Assembly: GCA_035270205.1 (NCBI GenBank)
Contig: DATFIH010000152.1
Coordinates: 1-35,857 of the forward strand
Direction: 5' to 3'
DNA from: Clostridia bacterium
GTDB lineage: Bacteria > Bacillota > Clostridia > Christensenellales > DTU072
DNA: 35,857 nt
Position numbers and translations under genes: made by a program. Positions 16,109-25,022 of this stretch are shown here, in pieces. The notes below the pieces were generated by a model. The model worked only from the letters and a program-made list of their open reading frames with translations, had not been told where the DNA came from and did no database searches. Numbering within the stretch: the first letter of the stretch is position 1; each line of letters begins with the position of its first letter.

Positions 16109-16981
16109 ATGATGAATAGTATATTACCTATGAAATATGAACATTTAATAGAAGAAGTAAAAAAACTCGGTAAGGTTAGTTACCTTGCTACAACTCCGCT
16201 GGGATATAAAATTCCTATGGTTTCTATTGGCAAGGGTAAGGCAAAAACTTTGATAGTGGCAAGTATCCATGCAAGAGAGCATATAACGACATCGCTTCTC
16301 AATAAGTTAATGCAAAACTATCAAAGCAAGATTCCTATCGATTATATACCTATGCTAAATATCGACGGGGTAATGCTTGCTACAAACGGGCTTTCGATAG
16401 CAAAAGATGAACTACTAAAAGAGCAACTTTTACAGCTCAACAACGGTAGTGAAGACTTTTCTTTGTGGAAAGCTAATGCACGCGGAGTTGACATTAACGT
16501 AAATTTTGATGCAGACTGGGGCGAAGGACAACAAAATGTCACAAGCGCTGGCTCGGAAAATTATATCGGCATAAACTGTAATAGCGAAATAGAAACGCAA
16601 AGCATCGTAAACGTGCTTAAAAACAACTATTCGCTGGTATGTTGCTACCACTCAAAAGGCGAAGTTATATATTGGGGATATGAAAATAATTTCCGCCACT
16701 ATTTGTACGCTAAAAAGTATGCAGACTATGTCGGATATGAACTTACAAGAAGCGAAGGCTCGGCGGGTGGACTTAAAGACTACTACTCATTAAACTATAA
16801 TGGTCTTGGTCTTACCGTAGAAATTGGCGAGGACCAACTACCTCACCCCTACCCGCTAAGCGAGCTAAACAACTTAATAACAAAACATACAGGCAGTATA
16901 GAACTACTTGCCGAAATGGGAGAAACAATTGCGGAACTACATGGAGAAAGCAATAGAAGAAGCGAAAATTGCACTCAGTGA
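16109..16981 (+). CDS. M14 family zinc carboxypeptidase (gamma-D-glutamyl-meso-diaminopimelate peptidase-like)
   Basis: The zinc motif is ASIHAREHIT (HxxE). The context around it (GKAKTLIVASIHA...NIDG...WKANARGVDIN.NF) is typical of peptidoglycan-peptide M14 enzymes. Confidence 0.75.
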   Translation: MMNSILPMKYEHLIEEVKKLGKVSYLATTPLGYKIPMVSIGKGKAKTLIVASIHAREHITTSLLNKLMQNYQSKIPIDYIPMLNIDGVMLATNGLSIAKDELLKEQLLQLNNGSEDFSLWKANARGVDINVNFDADWGEGQQNVTSAGSENYIGINCNSEIETQSIVNVLKNNYSLVCCYHSKGEVIYWGYENNFRHYLYAKKYADYVGYELTRSEGSAGGLKDYYSLNYNGLGLTVEIGEDQLPHPYPLSELNNLITKHTGSIELLAEMGETIAELHGESNRRSENCTQ

Positions 16982-17378
16982 ACAAGAAATACCGATAGGA
17001 TGCGTTATTGTACATGATGGCAACGTCATTGCTAGCGCTCATAACACTAAACAAAATAGCAACAACTCGTTAAACCACGCAGAAATGCTTGCTTTAAACA
17101 AAGCTATGGAGGTGCTTAATACAAAATATCTCTATGACTGCACCATGTACCTTACAATAGAGCCGTGCGCTATGTGCGCAGGCGCAATGATAAACTGTCG
17201 TTTAGGCAAACTCGTATTTGGCGCAAGAGAGCCAAAAACAGGTTGTGCTGTGAGCAATTACAACTTATTAAACGATTCGCGTTTTAATCATCGTGTGGAC
17301 GTCGAAGAAGGCATACTAGAAGAAGAATGCTCTAACATAATGAAGGAGTTTTTTATAATAAGGAGAAACAAATGTTAA
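16941..17378 (+). CDS. tadA: tRNA adenosine(34) deaminase TadA
   Basis: Motifs: EIPIGCVIV, HAEMLAL (HAE zinc/catalytic motif) and EPCAMCAGA (PCxxC). The start is uncertain: either the ATG at 16941 or the TTG at 16908. Both overlap the 3' end of the M14 gene. Confidence 0.88.
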   Translation: MEKAIEEAKIALSEQEIPIGCVIVHDGNVIASAHNTKQNSNNSLNHAEMLALNKAMEVLNTKYLYDCTMYLTIEPCAMCAGAMINCRLGKLVFGAREPKTGCAVSNYNLLNDSRFNHRVDVEEGILEEECSNIMKEFFIIRRNKC

Positions 17379-17938
17379 TAGTTGGATTGGGGAATCCCAC
17401 AAAAGAATATGAAAATACCTTTCACAATATCGGTTACTTAACGATAGATGCCTTGGCAAAAAGGCTGGGTAAAAAAATTATTAAAGCTGAATGTAAATCT
17501 CTTACGTCGGTAAAAACTATTAATGGCGAAAAGGTTGTTTTAGCAAAGCCTTACACATACATGAATTTAAGCGGTTGCGCCGTAAAAGAACTAATGGCAA
17601 AATATAAGCAACAAGAAAGCGATCTTTTGGTAATCGTAGACGATATAGATATACCTAGATTTTCGGTGAGGACACGACCGTTTGGCAGTGCGGGAACGCA
17701 CAACGGTATGAAAAACATTGTGGATATGATTGGCACGTCCAATTTTAAACGTATGCGTATAGGCATAGGTCAACAAGGATATGACCTTGCATCCTACGTT
17801 TTATCAAAAATACCGTCGGAGGACAGAAAAACCTTTGATGCAACCTGCGAAAAAGTTAGTTTGCTTTTAGAACAATACATAATGACAAAAGACTTTGATA
17901 AATTGAGTCGAGAAAGCAACGTGATTAATAAATGTTAG
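17372..17938 (+). CDS. pth: Peptidyl-tRNA hydrolase
   Basis: MLIVGLGNPTKEYENTFHNIG matches the Pth signature (GLGNPG..Y..TRHN.G). The gene overlaps the tadA stop by 7 nt. Confidence 0.92.
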   Translation: MLIVGLGNPTKEYENTFHNIGYLTIDALAKRLGKKIIKAECKSLTSVKTINGEKVVLAKPYTYMNLSGCAVKELMAKYKQQESDLLVIVDDIDIPRFSVRTRPFGSAGTHNGMKNIVDMIGTSNFKRMRIGIGQQGYDLASYVLSKIPSEDRKTFDATCEKVSLLLEQYIMTKDFDKLSRESNVINKC

Positions 17939-20900
17939 ATAAAAATTACTCTCTTACAACTGGAAAACTCCTCGAACTTAAAAATGCTGTCCAAAATGGA
18001 CTCGATAGCATAGTTTTCTTTGCGCTTGATACTAATAGGTACCATATTGCAAGCAACCTAGACCGTCCATTTTTGTACGTTTGCGGAGATATTGTTTGCG
18101 CACAAAGAGCAACTGATATTCTTAACGAGTACTCGAAAAAAGAGGTTATTCTTATCCCGGAAAAAGAGGATGTTCTAATCCCTAGACAGATACAAAATTT
18201 AAGCAGTGTATATCAGCATAATTTGAGTTTATACAAACTTCACACCAATAAAGTTGCGGGCGCTGTAATTACGCTGGAAGCGTTGATGCAGTTATACCCA
18301 AGTTTGGAAATTTTTAAAGAGAACACACTAAACGTTACAATAAGCGACACCCTAGACCTAAATGAACTTGCCAAAAAGCTTATTCAAATGGGCTATGGCC
18401 GTAAAGACATAGTGGAAAATGAAACTAACTTTTCCATACGAGGCGACATACTAGATATTTTTCCACTTGGACATGATGCTCCTGTACGTGTGGAGTTTTT
18501 TGGCGACACTATAGAAAAAATTCGTAAGTTCAGCTTGGAAACAATGTTAAGCACAGAAGAATTGGACTCTCTAACTGTACTGCCTGCATCCTATATTTTA
18601 GTACCCCCAAATGAGTTAAACGGAATACTAAACAAGGTAAAACGTGCAAAAAGAAATGTTGATGCTAAGTTTAACGAATATATAAATGCCGAAAGCGAGA
18701 CTTTTTTTGCAAACCCAAATAGTTCTTTAAGGTCTTTCTTCTTACCTTTTATGCGCAATCTATTTACAAGAATTTATGATTATTTGCCGACAGACAGCGT
18801 AGTGATTTTTGATGATACAAAACTGACGGACGATAAATTCCGCTTGTATTACAATTCTTTTATTGCGCGTGTAAAAAATCTCATTGCAAGCAATAAGTTG
18901 CTTGAAGACCACACACAATCTGTTTTAAGTTATGAGGAAACTTTTGATATACCTTTTACAAAACTTGGTTTTGGCAAGATAACAAGTAACGTTACCTTAT
19001 TTAAACCGAGAGAAGTTCTTACTATAAAGTCACAGCCTGTGCCGAAATACTATCTCGCACTAAACGAGATGTACGACGATTTAAGAAATTTTGAATTCAA
19101 TGGTTTTAAGGTCAGAATCTATGCGAAAGACGCACGAAGCGCAACGGAGTTGCAAACGTTATTGCGTGACAATATGCTTGCTATAAACATAAACGTTGAC
19201 GAAGACGCTCAAGTTGGAATTTTGATTGGAGATATCAGCTATGGATTTATATACCCTAGTGAAAAACTGGTGGTCATTGGATATAAAGATTACTTAAGGC
19301 AAACGGTACGTACCAAAAGCGCGCTGCATAAACGACAAGCATTTACCTTGCCGGGAAAAGGCGACTATGTTGTACACGAAAAACACGGAATAGGAATATC
19401 AGAAGGTATTCAACGAGTTACGACAAGCTCGGGTGCAAAGGATTTTTACGTAGTTTTATATCGTGGCGGAGACCGTCTTTATCTGCCTGCCGATCAGTTA
19501 GATACACTGGAAAAGTATAACGGAATAGACGCTCCCGCCTTGCACAGAATAGGCGGAGCAGAATTTGAACGCATAAAGAAAAGAGTAAAAGAAAGCGTGA
19601 AAGCTATGGCGATAGATTTACTTGCGTTGTATCAGTCACGTTTTCAGCAAAAAGGTTATGTATATCCATCTGACACCGTATGGCAAGAGGAGATGGAAAA
19701 AGATTTTGAATTTACCGAAACCGATGACCAGCTTATCGCAATTAGTGAAATCAAACAAGATATGGAAAAAGGCAAGATTATGGATAGACTCCTTTGTGGC
19801 GACGTTGGTTATGGCAAAACAGAAGTTGCCTTGCGCGCTGTTTTTAAAACTTGCATAGAAAATAAGCAAGCTGTAATTTTAGCCCCTACTACAATTCTTG
19901 CGCAACAACACTATAATTTAATTTGCGCGCGTCTCAATAAGTTTAAATTCAAAATTGAACTATTATCGAGGTTTGTGCCCCCAAAAAATATAAAAGAGGC
20001 ACTCAAACGTATAGCTACTGGCGAATCGCAAATTATCGTTGCAACGCACAGAGTGCTAAGCAAAGACGTTAAATTTAATGACCTTGGCTTGCTTGTACTT
20101 GACGAAGAACAACGTTTTGGAGTTGAACATAAAGAAAAATTAAAGGTTTATAAAAATAAGGTAAACATATTAAGTTTATCCGCCACCCCTATTCCCCGAA
20201 CTCTACATATGGCACTAAGTGGCATTAGAGATATATCAACATTAGAAGAGCCACCCAAAAACCGTTTGCCGGTAGAAACTTACGTTACCGAATACAACGA
20301 TAATCTATTGATAAACGCAGTAAGTAAGGAAATTTCACGAGGCGGACAGGTTTTCATTCTTTACAACCGCGTTGCGACGATAACAAGTTTTTATGACAAA
20401 GTACGTTCGCTTTTTGACGACAGCGTAAATATTATACTTGCTCATGGCAAAATGTCGGAAGAAATGCTTGAGGACAGAATAAGGGATTTTTACGACAACA
20501 AAGCTCAGGTGCTGATAAGCACAACGATTATTGAAAACGGTATTGACCTACCTAATGCGAACACACTTTTTGTTATTGACGCCGACAATCTAGGACTTAG
20601 TCAGTTGTATCAGCTTCGAGGTCGAGTCGGTCGAAGCAACGTGCTTGCTTATGCTTATTTTACCGTTCGTGAGGGAAAGGTTCTTACCGAAAATGCCATT
20701 AAACGACTGAATGCTATTATGGATAATACCGAACTTGGCAGCGGATTTAAAATAGCTATGCGCGATTTGGAGATAAGGGGCGCAGGCAATGTTCTTGGCA
20801 GAGAACAACACGGACAAATGGAAAAAGTCGGATACGAAATGTATCTAAAGCTGGTTCAAGAAGGAATTGATGAAATTAAAGGTATGGTAACCCGCCCAAA

Positions 20901-21348
20901 AAAAGAAATCGAATTGTCTGTGGACGGAACGTTTGCTCTTAATGAAGATTATATCACCGACAACCGCGCAAGAGTAAGTTTTTATCGCAGAATCAGCACT
21001 CTTAATTCTTTAGAAGAGGCTAGATCGTATCAAAAACAGCTTGAGGAAATGTACGGTAAATGCACAAGCGAAGTAATAAATATAATTCGCATAAGCCTAA
21101 TTAAGAATTTGGCGCAAAAGCTCAACGTTGAAAGAGTTGTAATAGGTGATAAGGGCGTAGGCTTATACTTTTACTCTAACGACATTTTGACAAATGAGGA
21201 TACTATGGGCGCTATAAGTGAGTTTTCTTCTTTCGCTGTTCTTGTCCCCTCGTCCCCTCCTGCAATTATTTTTAACGGCAAAAAACTGACTCAAATAAAA
21301 CGCATTAAAATGGTGTTGGAGTTTTTATGTCGAACAAACGTTGAGTAG
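17932..21348 (+). CDS. mfd: Transcription-repair coupling factor Mfd
   Basis: It has a CarD-like RNAP-interacting segment ([12 protein letters not shown]), Walker A ([11 protein letters not shown]), a DEEQ box ([11 protein letters not shown]) and superfamily-2 helicase motifs ([17 protein letters not shown]). It is 1138 aa and sits directly after pth, as in Bacillus. Confidence 0.95.
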   Translation: MLDKNYSLTTGKLLELKNAVQNGLDSIVFFALDTNRYHIASNLDRPFLYVCGDIVCAQRATDILNEYSKKEVILIPEKEDVLIPRQIQNLSSVYQHNLSLYKLHTNKVAGAVITLEALMQLYPSLEIFKENTLNVTISDTLDLNELAKKLIQMGYGRKDIVENETNFSIRGDILDIFPLGHDAPVRVEFFGDTIEKIRKFSLETMLSTEELDSLTVLPASYILVPPNELNGILNKVKRAKRNVDAKFNEYINAESETFFANPNSSLRSFFLPFMRNLFTRIYDYLPTDSVVIFDDTKLTDDKFRLYYNSFIARVKNLIASNKLLEDHTQSVLSYEETFDIPFTKLGFGKITSNVTLFKPREVLTIKSQPVPKYYLALNEMYDDLRNFEFNGFKVRIYAKDARSATELQTLLRDNMLAININVDEDAQVGILIGDISYGFIYPSEKLVVIGYKDYLRQTVRTKSALHKRQAFTLPGKGDYVVHEKHGIGISEGIQRVTTSSGAKDFYVVLYRGGDRLYLPADQLDTLEKYNGIDAPALHRIGGAEFERIKKRVKESVKAMAIDLLALYQSRFQQKGYVYPSDTVWQEEMEKDFEFTETDDQLIAISEIKQDMEKGKIMDRLLCGDVGYGKTEVALRAVFKTCIENKQAVILAPTTILAQQHYNLICARLNKFKFKIELLSRFVPPKNIKEALKRIATGESQIIVATHRVLSKDVKFNDLGLLVLDEEQRFGVEHKEKLKVYKNKVNILSLSATPIPRTLHMALSGIRDISTLEEPPKNRLPVETYVTEYNDNLLINAVSKEISRGGQVFILYNRVATITSFYDKVRSLFDDSVNIILAHGKMSEEMLEDRIRDFYDNKAQVLISTTIIENGIDLPNANTLFVIDADNLGLSQLYQLRGRVGRSNVLAYAYFTVREGKVLTENAIKRLNAIMDNTELGSGFKIAMRDLEIRGAGNVLGREQHGQMEKVGYEMYLKLVQEGIDEIKGMVTRPKKEIELSVDGTFALNEDYITDNRARVSFYRRISTLNSLEEARSYQKQLEEMYGKCTSEVINIIRISLIKNLAQKLNVERVVIGDKGVGLYFYSNDILTNEDTMGAISEFSSFAVLVPSSPPAIIFNGKKLTQIKRIKMVLEFLCRTNVE

Positions 21349-21378
21349 TTTCACTTTATCTAAAATACCAAAAAACTC

Positions 21379-21407
21379 TTGATAATATGTGTAGTATATA
21401 GTATAAT
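21379..21407 (+). promoter_or_regulatory. Sigma-A-type promoter (TTGATA-17 nt-TATAAT) for the lipoprotein gene
   Basis: The -35 is at 21379-21384 and the -10 at 21402-21407. The spacer is exactly 17 nt. The site is about 95 nt upstream of the ATG at 21502. Confidence 0.5.
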
Positions 21408-21501
21408 CTATATTGTATTTTATAATTATAAGTATAATTATTGATACATAAATAACAAATAAATGCGATTAAGCCTTTTATACTATCTTAAGGAGTATAT
21501 A

Positions 21502-21570
21502 ATGAAGAAAAAATTAGTTGTTCTAATATTGTTACTGGTTCTTATCACAGGTGTCATATTTACCGGCTGC
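21502..21570 (+). other. Lipoprotein signal peptide with lipobox Cys (codon 23, TGC at 21568-21570)
   Basis: The sequence MKKKLVVLILLLVLITGVIFTGC carries an F-T-G-C lipobox. Confidence 0.7.
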
Positions 21571-23949
21571 ACTTTTGTAAGACAAAACGAAGAAAGGGTT
21601 GCCAATGCAGTCCTAGCAACCGTAGATTACGACTATGCGGGAAACGAATACTTCCCTAAACAAACTTTGTCGTTGACTGTTACACGTAGTGAGCTTATGA
21701 GCTATATTAACTATGTTATTTACCTTTATAACAACTATAATATGCAGTATAATCCTAAAGATGTTTTTGAAGACAGTATCGATAGTCTAATAACACAAAA
21801 ATACCAAATTCTTGAAGGTATGGCTTACCTTATGAACAACGCAAACGCTGATAGGCGCGCCGCTATGTATTTCTTTACAGATGATTACAAATCACTTTAT
21901 GGCGAGAAAATTATTCCCGAAGGACTACTTACTATCGCTGAAAGGTATTCAGCTATCGCATCTACCAACGAAAGTTTTATAACATCAATAGAAAAATTTG
22001 TTGAAGATTATGAAAATGAAAAAAGAGAACTTAACACAACTTCCGTCAAAGAAAACTTAACTGCACGTTATGCTGCCGGTTATTCGGTTGACACAACTGA
22101 CGCAGATAAAGACGGCTATGCCGATGGCGTAAAGTATGCTCATTTGCTTGAAAATGGCGAATACGAAGAAGGCTTATACCTTAATGAGGTATCTTCGGAT
22201 AGAGCAACTGCTGTTGATTATAAAAAAGTTTTTTTGAAAATTACTCTAGTAAAAGAAGGCGAGCCTAATTTTATTGCTTACCTTCCGTTAGATGAATCAG
22301 CTATCGCAAGTGCTGACGATGATAAAAACGTAAGCACGAATATCCATATTACCAATAAGGTGGCAAGCTCTAACTATGAAGAACCTGTCGTTACCGATGA
22401 AGAAGTTGTCGACGAAGAAACGGGCAAAAAGAGCACCAAACAAGTAACAACTTACAAAACTCATACGGCAGTTGGATACTACAAATTAATTTCACCTCGT
22501 ACTTCTTTTGCCGAAAGTACCGATTCTTCTCAGCAACAACCTGCCGAAGAAGAAGAGCCAGATATGCTCGATACTTACAGGTATTACACAACTTTTGATA
22601 TAAATGACGCAGAGCAAAAAGAATTTTTTGAAAATGGACAAATTTTCAACATTGCTCCAGCAGGGCTTGATGATGCAACAAAGGACGCTTATCGCCGCTT
22701 TAAAGAAGAGAAGAAAAACGCTCTTATCAGCTTTACTACCGATACCGATGCATATAACGGTCTTGGCTATTATTATAAGAGCAGTTTTGAAAGCGCCATT
22801 CTTACCACTTGCCAACACGAATTATATCAAACCGCATTGGCAAATAGACCCATAACAGAAGATGCTTTACAAAAACAATATGCTATTCTTGCCGCAAAGC
22901 AAAAAGAAGAATATGATGTCTTAAAAAGTTATAAAGAGCAAATTGATAAATTCGCTACCACAATAGGCACTGACTTATCAACCTGCTACTATATACCTTT
23001 GGAAGCGCTAAGCAATACAACGTACACCTATACTGATACTGCCGGCGATGAGCAAACACGCGCATACGCTGTACTAAATGAAGATGGCACTTATACTATA
23101 GATATGTTCTATATCACCCATGTACTTTTCAAATTTGACGACGCAATCAAGACAATTATCGATAGATTTATTACCAAAGATTTAACGGACGCAGACGAGA
23201 TTAAGGCGAAAAAATTAGACCTTATACTATCTGTTGGACTGCTCAACACAAACAAGAGCAACGAGGATTACTCTAAAGAAAGTGGCGACGCGCTTGAAGA
23301 CGCTTACTACGTTATCTTAGACAACGAAGGCAATGCCAAACTTGTAGACGACGAAGGCAATCCATTATCTTTGGAACAACAACTGTTAAGTGAAAAAGTT
23401 AAAGACGTTTATACCGATTTAACCAATGAACTTGCAATAGCTACAAACAACGAAGAAAGATTGACTATATTCAAAAAATATATGACTTGGTACAACGATG
23501 ACGGTGGTTCTATGAAGAGCAAGCTAGGTTACTTTGTAGCAATGGGCGATATTAAACACAGCTATGACGGGGACGATTTCCCAAATGCCGCTAAAGAACT
23601 TTATATTGACTATTTCGACAACGGAATTTACGATAATGGCGCGACACGAAACTCATTCACCTCATACGGATTGCACACAGAGATTATTAGCTTTATGCCT
23701 TTCTATAACGTTGAATTGACGGATCTTGGCAACGGCTTATGGACACTTGGTTTAGATGCTAAGTTAGATTTGGAAGACGCTAATTTTAGAACTACCGTAT
23801 CCAAAAGCGTAGAAGATACCCTAAACTCCACAACCTACTCAGCTTGGACGTCATCAATAAAAAAAGAAGACGCTGAAAAGAATGCAGTAAGAGAGGAAAA
23901 GCAGTTAAACAAGTTAGCCAAAACATTAGGCATAACAAGATCTAAATAA
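21502..23949 (+). CDS. Large lipoprotein, putative highly divergent PrsA/SurA-like chaperone with a split parvulin-like signature
   Basis: I use the ATG at 21502 (AAGGAG 6 nt upstream) rather than the track start at 21463. The signal peptide and lipobox are MKKKLVVLILLLVLITGVIFTGC. The C-terminal third has THVLFKF ... GGSMKSKLGYFVAMGD ... FPNAAKELY ... SYGLHTEIISF. This parallels the parvulin pattern SHIL... GGDLGYF... FE.AA..L... GYHIIK. Clostridia often have a PrsA-type gene after mfd. Confidence 0.6.
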   Translation: MKKKLVVLILLLVLITGVIFTGCTFVRQNEERVANAVLATVDYDYAGNEYFPKQTLSLTVTRSELMSYINYVIYLYNNYNMQYNPKDVFEDSIDSLITQKYQILEGMAYLMNNANADRRAAMYFFTDDYKSLYGEKIIPEGLLTIAERYSAIASTNESFITSIEKFVEDYENEKRELNTTSVKENLTARYAAGYSVDTTDADKDGYADGVKYAHLLENGEYEEGLYLNEVSSDRATAVDYKKVFLKITLVKEGEPNFIAYLPLDESAIASADDDKNVSTNIHITNKVASSNYEEPVVTDEEVVDEETGKKSTKQVTTYKTHTAVGYYKLISPRTSFAESTDSSQQQPAEEEEPDMLDTYRYYTTFDINDAEQKEFFENGQIFNIAPAGLDDATKDAYRRFKEEKKNALISFTTDTDAYNGLGYYYKSSFESAILTTCQHELYQTALANRPITEDALQKQYAILAAKQKEEYDVLKSYKEQIDKFATTIGTDLSTCYYIPLEALSNTTYTYTDTAGDEQTRAYAVLNEDGTYTIDMFYITHVLFKFDDAIKTIIDRFITKDLTDADEIKAKKLDLILSVGLLNTNKSNEDYSKESGDALEDAYYVILDNEGNAKLVDDEGNPLSLEQQLLSEKVKDVYTDLTNELAIATNNEERLTIFKKYMTWYNDDGGSMKSKLGYFVAMGDIKHSYDGDDFPNAAKELYIDYFDNGIYDNGATRNSFTSYGLHTEIISFMPFYNVELTDLGNGLWTLGLDAKLDLEDANFRTTVSKSVEDTLNSTTYSAWTSSIKKEDAEKNAVREEKQLNKLAKTLGITRSK

Positions 23950-23965
23950 CTTTACAACAAATATG

Positions 23966-23997
23966 AAAAAAGGATGGTTTGTATACCATCCTTTTTT
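23966..23997. terminator. Bidirectional intrinsic terminator between convergent genes
   Basis: The sequence is AAAAAA-AGGATGGT-ttgtat-ACCATCCT-TTTTT. It forms a perfect 8-bp stem flanked by an A-run and a T-run, so it can terminate transcripts from both strands. Confidence 0.8.
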
Positions 23998-24014
23998 ATT
24001 GTCATTTTTATATT

Positions 24015-24839
24015 TTATAAACCGATTTTCGTTGAGGGCGCTTTTCCTGTAATAATATCGTCTATAGCGTATTTGCTATTAGCGATAAATACCGTAGTAC
24101 CGTTTTTAACAGGCTCTTTTATATATTCCAATTTTGCCCTTGCCCCGTTTGCGCCTTGCCGTGATGCGCCGTCACAATAATTTTGATAATGCTCAATGTT
24201 TTGTATAAGCTCATACACGTCTTTTCCTTGTATATGACTTATAAGCGTTTCGCTATTATTTTTATCTGTATAAATGCCATTGGTACTTGTCATAATGATA
24301 AGGTATCTTGGCTTTACAAGTAAAGCTATTTGGCTTGCTGTTTCGTCGTTGTCCACACATTCTACAACGTTAGAGTTAGTACTCTTAAGCGTCTTAATTT
24401 CCATCTTGCGGACTTCTTCGTCGCTCACAGGGTCATTGTAGTTGATGATAGGAACCGCGCCTTGTGCTGCGCTCCTTATAAGCATATCGGCAAGGTGTTG
24501 CCTTTTGACGGCATCATTAAAGTGATAGTGTTCGACAAGTAGCTGTCTTAAACTATATCTGCTATCCATAAATTGGCGGTAGTTTGCCATAAGAATGCTT
24601 TGCCCTTGCGCTGCATAATCGGCTTTGTCTTGATTTATATCGCCTTTAAGCTCTGTACCGTTTCTTTTTAAATAATCAAGTCGTCCAATTTCGGTCGCTC
24701 CGCTGGTAATCCAAATTATTCCCGGCTTTAACTGCCTTGATATACGCGCAATAATGTTGTAATCAATTTCTTCGTGCTCTTTGTCGATAAGCGCCATAGA
24801 GCCTACTTTCCCAACCAGTTCTATATCGAATTTTGCCAT
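24015..24839 (-). CDS. Amino-acid kinase (AAK) family protein, glutamate-5-kinase-like, without a PUA domain
   Basis: Motifs: GKVGSMAL (KxGS), ITSGATEIG (SSGA-like), AAQGQSILM, PIINYND and VDNDETASQIALL (DNDxLSA-like). The position of the G5K GTGGMxTK motif reads GANGARAK. A GGAG RBS is present. Confidence 0.65.
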   Translation of the reverse strand: MAKFDIELVGKVGSMALIDKEHEEIDYNIIARISRQLKPGIIWITSGATEIGRLDYLKRNGTELKGDINQDKADYAAQGQSILMANYRQFMDSRYSLRQLLVEHYHFNDAVKRQHLADMLIRSAAQGAVPIINYNDPVSDEEVRKMEIKTLKSTNSNVVECVDNDETASQIALLVKPRYLIIMTSTNGIYTDKNNSETLISHIQGKDVYELIQNIEHYQNYCDGASRQGANGARAKLEYIKEPVKNGTTVFIANSKYAIDDIITGKAPSTKIGL

Positions 24840-24877
24840 TTTTTCTCCTATAAAATTTTACCCAATGCTTTACGCCT

Positions 24878-24906
24878 ATTATAAATAAGTATGCATTAAA
24901 AGTCAA
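24878..24906 (-). promoter_or_regulatory. Sigma-A-type promoter (TTGACT-17 nt-TATAAT on the minus strand) for the AAK gene
   Basis: On the minus strand the -35 is at 24906-24901 and the -10 at 24883-24878. The spacer is exactly 17 nt. Confidence 0.5.
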
Positions 24907-24952
24907 CAAAAAACGCTCGCACTACTTTCCCCCTCCTTGCTTTACACGCTTT

Positions 24953-24995
24953 AAAAAAATAAAAAAGGGCAAACAACTAAAATATTGTTTACCCT
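24953..24995 (-). terminator. Intrinsic terminator downstream of rny
   Basis: The minus strand reads GGGTAAACAA-tattttag-TTGTTTGCCC followed by TTTTTTATTTTTTT. This gives a 10-bp stem with one G-U pair. Confidence 0.75.
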
Positions 24996-25022
24996 TAAAT
25001 TATGACATTTTGTAGAGTGGTG

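Noticed and set aside
23974-24180. + strand 68-aa ORF.
   Set aside because: It starts inside the bidirectional terminator hairpin and overlaps the 3' end of the AAK gene on the other strand. It has no RBS.
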